Of a DNA stretch of 64,000 nt, positions 22,910 through 35,430 are shown in pieces. The notes under the pieces are model-generated. The model ran no database searches, was not told where the DNA came from, and worked only from the letters and a program-made list of their open reading frames with translations. This stretch comes from Macrostomum lignano (Eukaryota), in NCBI GenBank assembly GCA_002269645.1, contig NIVC01000570.1:372001-436000 (forward strand). The letters run 5' to 3'. Position 1 is the first letter of the stretch; each line of letters opens with the position of its first letter. The position numbers and the translations under genes are program-made.

Positions 22910-24027
22910 ATGAGTGCCAGCCCAAAGCGACTCTAAACGTGCGCCAACTCAAGGCTGAGCTGCGAAACAGAGGCCTGCCTACTACGGGCCGCAAACAACA
23001 GCTTGCCAAGCGCTTGTCTACTGCACTCGGTTTAGAGCAAGCTGATGAAGACTTCAACAACTCCGAGATGACTTCTGCTCCGGACGCCGAAGACGGCATC
23101 AGCAGCGCGGGCGAGGCGCCTCCGGGGGCGGGGAGCGACCGGCTGGCTGCGCTGCGACAGGAGGTGGAGCTGTTCGAACTGCAAGTCTTGGAAGGCCGTC
23201 GTCGTGATCTTCAGCAACATCTTCACACTCAGCAGCGCTTGACGGCTCAGCCCCAGCCAGCATCATCATCAGGTGAGCCAAACGCACATGCCAGTCTGCA
23301 GTTGCCCGAGGTTTTTGAATCTGGGATGAGGGAGGCGGCTCAGCTTCAGGCCGCTAATGGCCAGGCTCCGACTCGCAAGTTGCATCTCGTCAGAGACCAT
23401 ATCAAGCTAGCCAGACGACCCGGCTCAGCCAGTCAGGAGCAGTTGGTCGCCACTATGGAGAATGGCTCGCTCTCATTCAGAAAGCAGTAGCCGAAGCTGT
23501 CTAGTATCTCTGCTGGTCAGTGGATCGCGGCCAACTCGATCATCTTGTAAAAGCTGATCAAGGAAAAACTTCCGGCGGCTGCTGGAAGCACTGATGGTCT
23601 CCTGACTGACGTTCTTGGCTACCTTGACTACAATCGCAAGATTGGCGAGCTGCTGGCTGCTGACTACCCGGAGTCCGTAATCTGGGAGTTTGACTAGGAC
23701 TACTGGAGGCTGGTGGCGGAGTCGGGCATGGCGTGGGGTGAGGAGCCCCCTCAGTTGTACCACAAGCACCTCAACGCCGCCAGAAACCCGCGGTTTACGT
23801 TCGCTAAGCAGCCCAGCCAGCAGCAAATCCCGGCAGCAACCAGGCCGATCTGTCTGCGCTTCAACTCCGAGTCCGGGTGCACCCGCCAGAACTGCAGGTT
23901 CCGCCACGTCTGCAAAATCCAAGGCTGCCTGGCAGCGCACCCGGCTCACGCTCACACGCAGTCGCCGCAGTCATTACTCACCGGACAGCTGCCGGGTCAC
24001 GTGACCGGTGCGAGTGCAAAAAACTAA
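22910..24027 (+). pseudogene. gag-like ORF1 with SAP domain and Cys/His zinc finger, frameshifted
   Basis: Kozak-like GCCACCGCCATG; LNVRQLKAELRNRGLPTTGRKQQLAKRL (SAP); CLRFNSESGCTRQNCRFRHVCKIQGCLAAHPAHAH. Confidence 0.7.
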
Positions 24028-25650
24028 TGCCATTTTATCCAGCTGACTGCTCTGCTTTTGTTTCCGATTTTTCTGCTTTTACTTTTTCGCTGCCCATCTC
24101 GTCTGACCTGCAACCTGACGCCTGGAGTGCTCTGCTCAGCGACGACCCAGACCGCGACCTTCTGACGCAAGGCGTCGTCAACGGTTTCGCTCTCACCAAT
24201 GCTGGCCAGCCACCTTTGACTTCGTCCAAGAACCACGCCTCCGCTCTGCTGCACTGCTCTGCTGTGGAAGCCCAGGTCGAGGAGGAGCTGAGCCTTGGGA
24301 GGTACATCCGGTGGAGCGGCCCGATCAAAGTCAACCCCATCGGTGCCCTTCCCAAGTCCGACGGGCGGGCGGGTCCGCCTGATCCATGACCTGTCCTATC
24401 CGAACGGCCAGTCTGTCAACGACTTCTACGACCAACAGAAGCACATCAAGTACTGCACTCTCCAGCAGCTGGTTCGTCATCTCCGTCCGGGACACTACAT
24501 GGCCAAAATTGATTTCAAAAGCGCCTACAGGTCCGTGCCAATCAAACCTGCTGACTACCGGCTCGTCGGCCTCGCCTGGCGGTTTGACTCAGACAGCCAG
24601 GACAGTCTGCTCTGCGACACCAGGCTTCCCTTCGGCGCCAAAGCTGCTTGCAAAGTTTTCCACCGTCTTTCAGCCGCCGTTACCCGGCACATGCACCGGC
24701 TTGGCTTTTCTGCCACGGTGAACTACCTGGATGACTGGGCAGTCGCTGGGAAATCTGAGTCCGAGGCTTTCGCTGCTTTCGATTGCCTGCTGGACATCTT
24801 GCAGCGCCTCGGCTTTACCATCAACTGGGACAAGGTTGTCAGGCCTACGCAATGCATCGACTTCCTTGGCGTGCGCATCAACACCGCTACCGGCACCAAG
24901 TCGCTGCCCGAAGAGAAAGCTCTCGAGACGACAAAGCTGCTGACTCAAACCTGCTCGGAGACTCGGGTGCACATGCGCTCTGCTCAGAAGCTGATTGCCA
25001 AGCTTAGCTGGTTCTGTCAGATTGTCCCTCATGTCAGAGTCTTCCTGCGTCCGCTCTTCGACTGGCTGACAACTGCTGTTGACTGCAAGCTTTGGGTGAC
25101 CGATGAGACCCGCGCCAACCTGTCCTGGTGGCTCAGAGCCCTGGCTTGGCTCCACCCCCCCCCTGGTGTCTTTGTGGCCGCGCTTTGATGAGGAGTTTGC
25201 CATGGAGACTGACAGCAGCCGGTCAGGCGCAGCCGCAGTCATCTGGGGTGCCGAGAGTTTCTGGAGTGTCATCGACTGGGAGCTGGACTGCGGTGGGGTG
25301 TTCAAGGATGTTCATATCAACTTCAAGGAGGCTCTGGCACCTTTGCTGATTATCCTGCACCGTCGCTCTCAGCTATAGAACTGCAAGATTGTCATCTACA
25401 CCGACAGCACCGCTGCGGCTGGCATGATCAATCGCTGAGCTGTCGTGACCCGCGGTTCCTGCAGGTGTACCAGACTGTGGCTCTGCTGTGCGTCAGGAAC
25501 AGCATCAGTTTGGAGGCCTTTCGCCTTCCTGGTCGCATGCAGATTTTTGCTGATGCCGCCTCCCGCATGTTTGTCTCGCAGTCTGAGCTCATTAACTTTT
25601 GCTGCCGCTACTGCCGTACGCTCGTGATCTGCCCGCTTGAGTTCGCGTCG
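24027..25650 (+). pseudogene. Reverse transcriptase and RNase H, frameshifted
   Basis: RLIHDLS, KIDFKSAY, RLPFG, NYLDDW, FLG; RNase H-type ETDSS, HINFKE, YTDST, ADAASR. Confidence 0.9.
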
Positions 25651-25733
25651 CACGCGCTCTCTGCCGCTTCCCAATCTCGCCTCCTTTTGCAGGTCGCCCT
25701 CGCCCTCCGGAGACGCCGCCCGCCCCCCGCGCT

Positions 25734-26688
25734 GTGTCCGCCGGACACCTGCGCCGCCTCGGCCTGGCGGAGAACTCCTGGCGATCCCACCTCAGCCAGC
25801 TGCGCTCCTGGGAAGCCTTCTGTGTTAGCGCAGGCCGCCCTTCATCTCCAGCTGACGGGGACCTGCTCTGCCGCTACATCGCGCACCTGGTGAGCACCCG
25901 GCTCCGGTCCTTCTCTAGCCTCCGATCCTACATCCATGCCGTCTCTTTTCTGCACCAAGCCACCGGCGCCCCCGACCCAGCGAAAGACTTCACCGTGCAG
26001 CTGGCCCTCCGCGGCGCCAAACGTCATCTGGGCCTGCGATGCAAACAGGCGAAGCCGCTGACCATCGAGCACCTCAAGAGCATCCATCAGCAGCTCCCGC
26101 GCTCCATCTCAAGCGCAGATCTCAGGGCCGCCTTCTGGGCGGCTCTTCTGGTGGGCTGGTGGGGCATGTTGCGCCTTGGCGACTTCCTATCGACCCGCGG
26201 CAGCCGCTCTGTCTCGCGGGCTGCCTGTCGGCTTCATCTGGCTGCTGGAAGTTGGCCCTCCCTAAGTCCAAGACCAACCAGTTCGGGTCGACGCCGCATG
26301 TCGTTCTTCTGCCACCTGTTCAAGAGTCACCGCTCTGCCCTGTGCGCGCCCTGCGGTCTCACCTGCACCTGTCACCAGCCAGCGACCCAAGGCGCCACTC
26401 TTTGGCTACGGCCTCGGAGGCGAGCTCTCAGCCAGCCAGCTCATCAGCTGTCTTCGTGCGTGTCTGGCTGCGTGCGGCCTTCCAGCTGCTGGTTTCTCCG
26501 GCCACAGCATCCGGCGTGGGGGTGCCAGCTTCTGTCATCAAATCGGCTTGCCAGATTCGGACGTTCGGGCTCTTGGGGGCTGGAGATCGGACGCTGTTCT
26601 CCGCTACTTTTCTTCCAGCTCTGCCCTGTCGCGCCGCCAGCGCTCTGCTTCTCTCATGGCTTCGCAGCTGCAGGCTGCGTCCACCTGA
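25734..26688 (+). pseudogene. Tyrosine recombinase, frameshifted
   Basis: GMLRLGD, KSKTNQ, CPVRAL, GHSIRRGGAS, WRSDAVLRY across frames; stop at 26686-26688. Confidence 0.88.
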
Positions 26689-27224
26689 CTGCCTTCCCGC
26701 TTTTACTCCTTCCCTTCCCCATCATTGGGGTTGGGATCCGCTTTCTCGGCCGCTGCCTGCTTTTCGCAACTGATTTGTCTCGTTTGGCTCCTTCCGGCGT
26801 GTTTATTGATGCGATAATATACTCAGCACTTTTGCGGTGCTCAATAATGTTTTTGAATTTTAATATATCGCATAAGCCCACAACATAATCAACAATTGTA
26901 AAATTACGAGTCACGAGCATTAACCGGCAGTTCCTCACTTCGCCGTTCATTTGTGACTTATTTGGGTGATTCGCGCGCTCTACCCTCTACTCAAGTTTGA
27001 TGGCATATTTGAGTGCGTGCTTTGCCATATGTCGATGGATATGTCGATGGTTTCATACCAGTTCTAGCCGCTGTCCTGATCGGGTCAGTGGATGCTGCAT
27101 ACGATTTTTGTTCCAGAAATTACTGAAGCGCTGCCCATTACCGGCAAATGAAACCCAAAAACTAAAAAAGGAAACTACGCTCGTAATGAATAAAAACGGT
27201 GTCAATGCATTGATCATTCTCACA

Positions 27225-27660
27225 TCTTAAAGGCCATCGAGGAAAAGTACATCTCAGTGGAATGCCTTCCATGAATGGAGAATGATATTAACATAAATTG
27301 AGCTACACTTTCCTTGCACCAAATCTGCCTTTCATTTGACACCACAATAAATAGAAAAGTTCACGATTGCCGTGATGACCATAGTATTAGAAGTCTCTGT
27401 CTCCCAGCAGGATCGGCAAACAATGAACGATTAGATTGACAACAAGGATGGCAAAAATTAGCGGGAACTTCGTGTCAGTCTGAAGAAATAAAATCGTCAA
27501 ATGTGTCCAACCTGGGCGTGTTCAAGCTGTTCAGGAGACCAGGACGCAGCAAGCTGTGATTGACAGCCTCGTCATTCCTTTGAGCGAATATCATGTACAA
27601 AATCCCGGTAGAGACAGTGAAAAAGAAGAAAGAAGAATCTATCAATTCTATCTAGCTCGT
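27225..27660 (+). repeat. Degenerate dispersed repeat, homologous to 48670-49090
   Basis: Shared TTAAAGGCCATCGAG...GTTCAAGCTGTT...AATCCCGGTAGAGACAGTG. Confidence 0.7.
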
Positions 27661-27681
27661 ATTCATCTATTTGATTTGAAT

Positions 27682-28200
27682 CTGAGGCCCTGGACGACGG
27701 GCTCAAGGCTCGGCTGTTTCAGGCAGTCATCGAGACTGTCCTGTTGTACAACGCCGAGACTTGGACCCTGACGGACGCCTTGGAGAGGCAGCTGGACGCT
27801 GCGCATGCGGCAATGCTGCGTGCGGCTTTCGGAGTGCGCAGCGGCCCAGGCAGCGAGACCAACGCCGCGCTCTACACTAGGGCCCGCCTGACGCGGCCTT
27901 CTGACCTGCTGCGCGGGCGGCGACTTCGACTGGCTGGCCACGTCATCCGGTCGGAGGCCCGCTGTCCTGAGCCGCTACACGACGTGCTGCTGCTCAAGCT
28001 GCAGGGACCGCGGAGGCGAGGCCAAGGGCGAACGGTGCGATACCCTGACCGACTTCTGAGTGACGCTGGCGCCCCGGACCAAGCAGGGGGATGCGACTTC
28101 CTGAGGGCAATGGCCCAGAGACGCGCTTTCTGACTGCTCCCCCTTTCTGGCTACTGCGTGGCCGGCGGGAGCAGTACCTTGTTGTTGTTGTTGTTGTTGA
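27682..28200 (+). mobile_element. 5'-truncated non-LTR retrotransposon 3' end (RTE-like) with (TTG)n tail
   Basis: LLYNAETWTLT...RRLRLAGHVIR is a typical post-RT C-terminus; TTG repeats at 28169-28200. Confidence 0.8.
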
Positions 28201-28869
28201 TTTGAGTTGGTAAGAATTTTCAATAACAAAATCAGCTTTACAGTCTGAGTAGATTAAACAGTGAAAATTACAAGTAAGGAGATTTAGTAAAGATAATACA
28301 ATAAAAATAATCATAGAGGCTGTGAAAAGAATAGATAGAACCAAACGGTCACAAAAACTAAGATTAATTCCCCCACCAGCAGAGACCAGGGACTACTAGT
28401 TTAAGTAGTCCCTGGCAGAGACAGAGAAACAAAAACGATGGGGTGGCAGCGAGCAAAACGCGGCGGCGAGGAGGGGAAGGTTTCTCCTTTCGCATGTTGC
28501 ATTTATTTTAAGCATTTGCGCCAACATATGTCGAATTAGCAGTTAGAAAATATATTGAAGATGAACCGTAAAAAATCGGAAGAAATAGGAATATTAATCC
28601 GAGCAGTGGCACACAGAAAAGGCCAAGCCTGAAAAATCTGGGGCTTATAACCTCTTGAAACGCGGTGGATGTCGGGCTAGGCGAAAAGGAGGGCGCAAAG
28701 GGGAGGAGTGTGGTTAACACACATTGCACTGAGGTCCACGAAGCATTTAGAGCGTAAAATAAACAGCACTATCCCTAACCTCGTGTTAGTTACTTTTTCC
28801 CTGAGTGAAAAGAATATCTGCTTGATTTTTTCGTTAAGAATATTTAATAAAAATGGAGCAATACGTCAT

Positions 28870-29465
28870 AAAAAAAACAACAAAAAAATGTGCAGCGACG
28901 CATGCAAAGCACAGTTAGAACAGGGGCGCGTCAGATTGCACGCCGCAAAGCCTGAGAGCGGCCGAACTCCGCTCCGTTGGCAGTGTCGGGCGCCCAGCGT
29001 CGCACAGCAAGCAGTCCACGTATCGAGGGGTTCGGGCCTGACCCCGCCTGAACGGGCCCTGCAAGGTGAGCAGCAGGACATCCTAAGCAGGCTGGGGACA
29101 GTAGCTTTTGGCCCGGATCACGTGGCTCGCCAGTTGAAGTCGCCGCCGGCGCAGAATGATGGACGGGCGCTGCAGCTTGGCCCGATCATACAGGGCCTCG
29201 GTCCCGACGCTCTCGTCAGCCCGAAAGGCCGCATGGAGGAGCCATGCGTGCGTCGAGTCCAGCGTAGCCGTCAGTGTCCACGTCTCGGCGTTGTATAGCA
29301 GGACGGTATCGACCACCGCCTGCCACAGCCGAGCCCTCGGACTGGAGGATAACTCGGATTGAACGGAAGGCCGCCCAAGACAAGTCGTCTGCGCCGCCGG
29401 AGGTCTTCCTCCACGTAATTCACCAGACCGCGGAGGTATTTGAATGCGCCATAGTAAGTAGCCAT
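28870..29465 (-). mobile_element. Second degenerate LINE 3' fragment of the same family, tail-to-tail with the first
   Basis: AFKYLRG, VLLYNAETWTLT, RRRLQLASHVIR. Confidence 0.78.
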
Positions 29466-30629
29466 GTAAACTTTTATGAGTCAGGAGTCCGGAGGAAAAG
29501 CAGTGACCTCTAATATGTAAGATTTAGCATGTGGCAGAATAAAAGCTTTAACACCTTTAACTGAATATTGACCAAATTTTCTGGGTGGGAGATGTGCCGC
29601 CGTTGACTCAAGCTCCCGCCCGCCAGATACCTAACCTAACCTAGAAATCGTACATTGCGTGTTATTTAAAAAATACGAGTACAATACTTCTTTTGAATCG
29701 TTGACAATTCTACGTGTCTACAGCCTATTTTCTGAAACATAGAGAACCAAGAACAGACGTAATAAAGTAGCTGCCAAATTGATTGTACGCTCGTAAACAG
29801 CTCGTAAACTTATATTGATTAGGAGTTGTCAAAAGTGAAGCAGAATTTTTGGGTATACAAAACATAGTGTCAATTTTGAAGCAACTCAGTCAAAATAAAA
29901 TCAGACTTTGCAGTCCAACTAGTTAGTCAGGCTATTTTATTGCGTTAGTAAAAGAATGGAGAAAAATAAATTTTAGCAACTCTTGTAAATCCCAAAATCA
30001 AGGTCAGAACGAGCTGCTTTTGCACAGATCGCTTCATTACTGTTCAGGCTTTCGTTGGATTAATTTTTTACCGAATTCTCCCAGGAGAAGTTGACTAAAC
30101 GTGTATTGTCAAAATTGAAGCCCGGTCTGTCAATATCACAGATGGTCAATATCGATAGTACGCTCGTAGATTTTGAGTGACCAGCCATATAGTGTCAATA
30201 TTAAAGAAGAGTTTCGAAGTTTCGAAGTTCTCCATGTTCAAAATCGAGGGTAAAATGGTGTAGATATCCCAATTTTAAACATCTATTCTGCACAGTCGAC
30301 AGATAGCGCATTTGAATTTACTATGCAACTGATGCGCAATGCAGTGCAGCGCGATCAGTGGGATTTATTTTCACTGAGAAAACGCTAGAGCGGTACTTGT
30401 TTGATTGCTCGGGTGTCAAAAAGCAAATAAACGCTACATGATATTCGTTCAAAGCAACGCCTGTCTCTGCTCAAGGGAAGCCTTCAGCTCAAGCAACGCC
30501 GCTCTACGGACCGGAAACACGTGCCGATCCGATGTGTATAAATTCGAGGCTGCCGACTGCTCAACACAACAAGCTCAGACTCGACTCAATCTACACACAG
30601 CTCGAAGAATCGACTCGACTCAAGCAATC

Positions 30630-30818
30630 ATGAAGTGGCAACTGGTTCTCGGACTTCTGCTGTGCGCCGCCCTGGCCGTCGCCCAGCCCACCCAGGAGGA
30701 GGCCAAGGCCGAAAGTGAGTCGAAGGAGGATCCGTCCGACCCAGACGATTCCAAGCTGTCGGAGGAGCATTTCTCGATGCTGAAGAAGAAGGGCTTCCAC
30801 GTTCATTTTCATGGTTAG
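30630..30818 (+). CDS. Secreted His-rich prepropeptide, copy 6 (62 aa, KKK-GFHVHFH-G)
   Basis: ATG at 30630; MKWQLVLGLLLCAALAVAQPTQEEAKAESESKEDPSDPDDSKLSEEHFSMLKKKGFHVHFHG. Confidence 0.85.
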   Translation: MKWQLVLGLLLCAALAVAQPTQEEAKAESESKEDPSDPDDSKLSEEHFSMLKKKGFHVHFHG

Positions 30819-32036
30819 ATGAGCCACATCGCACATCGAAGTCGCTTCATCGAAATTAAGACAACTCACAGCTGCCTGATTTTGAACTCTGATTCGCAAC
30901 CGCAAAAATTCTGAGTGTGACAACGTGAAAACTTAAGCGTGAAATCTTCACAACCTTTTTCGCTGATTAGTATTAGTATAACAAATATAACAACCAGCAC
31001 CATCTGCTTAAACGTCCAGCTATAATATTTGTTGTTGAGCTTAATGCGATTTGTTCAATTTGTTCAATTTGCGAGTCGTTATTTGAAAGACTTTCAGATT
31101 ATTTACTTCCAGATAAGAATTTTTCAATTGAAATTCATCAAAATAGCGCTAATGTGATAAGGTGCTCATACGACATTTTTTGGTTTAGCGCTTCATTTTC
31201 GCCAAATTTTTATATTTCAAACTAATTTTACAACATAAATGACGATGTAAAATTTCTAGTATTAATAAATGGCAGCTCCTGACTTCGCTGATTATTGATG
31301 ATTGTTATTCAACCGACATTGATCGGTGTCGCTTACAGCGGGAGACACTCCTTGTTTGCCTTCGGATCAAAGCCAGTTCGCATGATTGCTCACATTTTCT
31401 CTTTTCTTGTTTTCGTGATTTCTCATGAAATGCGCACCTGCTACATGATGGTCTCACGTTTCATGAATCGACTGGCACATTTAATAAATAATGTTTACAT
31501 AGGCCAAAGAACAACCGAAAATTCATTCAACTCTAAAGTTCAGTGGCAAGCATTCTCGAACATTAAAGCTCTTCAGCCATTATGCTGGGGATAGTTAAAA
31601 AATTTATAAATGACTGGTGAAGATAGGGATCGAATGCCATTTAATAATTACACACCCATTACTCGCCCATTGAGCTGTGTGCTTATATTTAACGGTAAAA
31701 CTATGCAAAATTATTTAATAATCTATAGTGCATGAGTATCTTATCTCATCAACACATTTTTGTTGATTTTTTTGTGACGTCACAAATCATTATCTCCAAG
31801 TACATGTACCTCGTACAAGTTCTCCACACGAGACGACTCGCAACTTAAAGAAATTCACAATGATCAACAATGCGTTATAGTTGTAGTTGATGCCTGATTA
31901 GATGGTACTTGCAGTTATATTTGTTATAACTGATCAGCGAATAAGGACTGAGTAGGGTTCCAAGTCAGTGTTCAAAGTTCGGTCAACTGTGAGTTGTCTT
32001 AATCATCAATGAAGCGACTTCGATGTGCGATGTGGC

Positions 32037-32218
32037 TTATTTACCAGGTAAATGAAGATGGAATTTTTTCCTCAGCTTTGGGAACTGCTCCTCTGACATC
32101 TTGGAATCGTCGGAGTCGGACGGATCCTCCTTCGACTCGCTTTCGGCCTTGGCCTCTGAGGGCTCGACAACGACCAGGGCTGCGAGCACCAGAAGTCGAG
32201 AACCAGTTGCCACTTCAT
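32037..32218 (-). pseudogene. Prepropeptide copy 7 (FHLHLP-GK class) with a 1-bp deletion at codon 8
   Basis: CTCGACTT instead of CTCGGACTT; restoring one G gives MKWQLVLGLLVLAALVVVEPSEAKAESESKEDPSDSDDSKMSEEQFPKLRKKFHLHLPGK; may be an assembly error. Confidence 0.8.
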
Positions 32219-32574
32219 GATTGCTTGAGTCGAGTCGATTCTTCGAGCTGTGTGTAGTCGAGTCTGAGCTTGTTGTGTTGAGCAGTCGGCAACTACGAAT
32301 TTATGCGCATCGGATCGGCACGTGTTTCCGGTCCGAGGAGCGGCGTTGTTTGAGTTGCTTCGCGTGAGCAGACAGGCGTTGCTTTACTCGAATATCATGT
32401 AGCGTTTATTTGCTTGTTGACTCCCGAGCAATGAAACAAGTACCGCTCTAACGTTTTCTCAGTGCAAATAAATCCCACTAATCGCGCTGCACTACACAAC
32501 ACGGAGCTTTGTTTAAGCAGTTCTATAGTAAAGCCAAATGACACTATCTTTTAAATGTGCAGAATAAATGTTTG

Positions 32575-32835
32575 AAACTAGGATTTTTAGGATCTGTCTC
32601 AAATTGTCTCCCCGCTGTCTCAAACTGTCTCTCCGCAGTCTCAAACTGTCTCTCCGCAGTCACAAACTGTCTCTCCGCAGTCTCAAACTGTCTCTCCGCA
32701 GTCACAAACTGTCTCTCCGCAGTCTCAAACTGTCTCTCCGCTGTCTCAAACTGTCTCTCCGCAGTCACAAACTGTCTCTCCGCAGTCTCAAACTGTCTCT
32801 CCGCTGTCACAAACTGTCTCTCATCAGTCTCAAAC
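32575..32835. repeat. 21-bp minisatellite, inverted homologue of 14642-14803, upstream of copy 7
   Basis: About 12 units of TCTCTCCGCWGTCWCAAACTG. Confidence 0.9.
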
Positions 32836-33044
32836 TGCCGAAGGCGCGATAAGGTTTTTTTAACGGGTAAAATGTCAAGATACGCTGGAATTCAGAGAAT
32901 GCATGTTGAGTTACGCGTAGGGAGATTGGCAAAATACAATAGAGTGCAGCATCTATATATTTTCCGATGCAGCGGAGCAGAGACAAAATCATGCAATACC
33001 AATCACCAGAAGGCCTTGGTAAAGGAGTAAAATTAAATGCTAAT

Positions 33045-33540
<496 letters not shown>

Positions 33541-33636
33541 ATGATCTATTTACCTATCTATATTAGAGATTTAATCACGGAAATTTTCACATGTTGAAGG
33601 CAAGTTAATCAAGCTGTTCGTACTGGTCCGGGAGCA

Positions 33637-34398
33637 TCAGTCCCTGTGGCTGCTGCACATGTATCTCCAAGCGGCCAGAGCCAGCAGACTGGCCAACAAG
33701 GCACCTCTAAGAACGTCCAGGTAATGGGAAATGTAGGTTAATAATTTAAGCCTGTAGCGGGCGAGGCGACAAGGCAGGTCGGTTTCGGTCTTTGACAGCT
33801 TTTCACACCTGCGTGGGAAGGGTCAGGTGAGGTAAAGCATCATCCATGCTTTCGTTAATATCGATAGAAGTATAAAAGTAGAAACACTCCAAGTCCTTTC
33901 GGCCGCTGTAAGACACAGTACACAGACAGGACACAGGTTGCAAAAGTACACAGACAGGACACAGGTTGCAAAAGTACACAGACAGGACACAGGTTGCAAA
34001 AGTACACAGACAGGACACAGGTTGCAAAAGTACACAGACAGGACACAGGTTGCAAAAGTACACAGACAGGACACAGGTCGCAAAAGTACACAGACCACAG
34101 CTCGCCCTACAGAAGCCCCATCCCATGCAAGTGCTCACAGCCTGTACAGTCGAAACGCGGCTCTCGCCCGTGGTCCCATCAACAGCCAGCTGGGATCGCC
34201 CTCCCGTCGCCCTCGAAGCGTCGCCAGTCAGCTGGTTCGCCGTGCTCGGCGACAGACGGCCAGCCTCGGCCAGGACGGCCAAGTTGAAGGCCGCCTCCGG
34301 GTCGCCCTTGGCAACCGCGCGAGTGTAAAAATCCACGCGCGCGCTCAGGTTGGAGGCGTGCGCCAAGCCCAGGCTGCTGGTAGTTCCCATGCGCGTCA
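33637..34398 (-). pseudogene. Duplicate of the last two SEL1L3-like exons; probable assembly overlap
   Basis: 33040-34757 matches 34981-36553 at an offset of about 1795 bp on either side of the N gap, differing mostly by small indels. Confidence 0.7.
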
Positions 34399-34757
34399 GC
34401 GCCTGAGGAAGAATGGTTATGCCCCGCTTAGACTACTCTCGGGTTTTGTTCAGTAGTGTGACTGGCGCTGGTAGCCCAGCTATTGTTAATTTACTTGCAT
34501 GCATCCAACCTATCAACTCCGCATTTCATCCGATTCACAAAATCTCCCTCTCTGTTCTCATCTCCTAGTATCTCATATCTATCACTGATCTCACCTGTAC
34601 CTTTATCTCATTTCCCTCATTTTCCTTTCCTCATTGACTCTGTTCTATCGCGGTCCTCATGCATCTCACTGGTTATACTGATCCCAACTCATCCATTGCA
34701 TTCTCATTTCAAGAACTATCCCAAACGTCCAAAATTGAACTAAGAAACTCACACTTG

Positions 34758-34980
34758 NNNNNNNNNNNNNNNNNNNNNNNNNNNNNNNNNNNNNNNNNNN
34801 NNNNNNNNNNNNNNNNNNNNNNNNNNNNNNNNNNNNNNNNNNNNNNNNNNNNNNNNNNNNNNNNNNNNNNNNNNNNNNNNNNNNNNNNNNNNNNNNNNNN
34901 NNNNNNNNNNNNNNNNNNNNNNNNNNNNNNNNNNNNNNNNNNNNNNNNNNNNNNNNNNNNNNNNNNNNNNNNNNNNNNNN
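34758..34980. other. Assembly gap (223 N)
   Basis: Run of N. Confidence 1.
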
Positions 34981-35249
<269 letters not shown>

Positions 35250-35268
35250 ATATCTATCTATCTACCTG

Positions 35269-35326
<58 letters not shown>

Positions 35327-35430
35327 ATCTATCTATGATCTATTTACCTATCTATATTAGAGATTTAATCACGGAAATTTTCACATGTTGAAGGCAAGTT
35401 AATCAAGCTGTTCGTACTGGTCCGGGAGCA

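Larger units (their letters stand above)
22758..26805 (+). mobile_element. Tyrosine-recombinase retrotransposon (DIRS/Ngaro-like), near full length
   Basis: gag-like, RT, RNase H and YR in order; candidate 20-bp imperfect inverted repeats at 22758-22777 and 26786-26805; ends uncertain. Confidence 0.85.
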
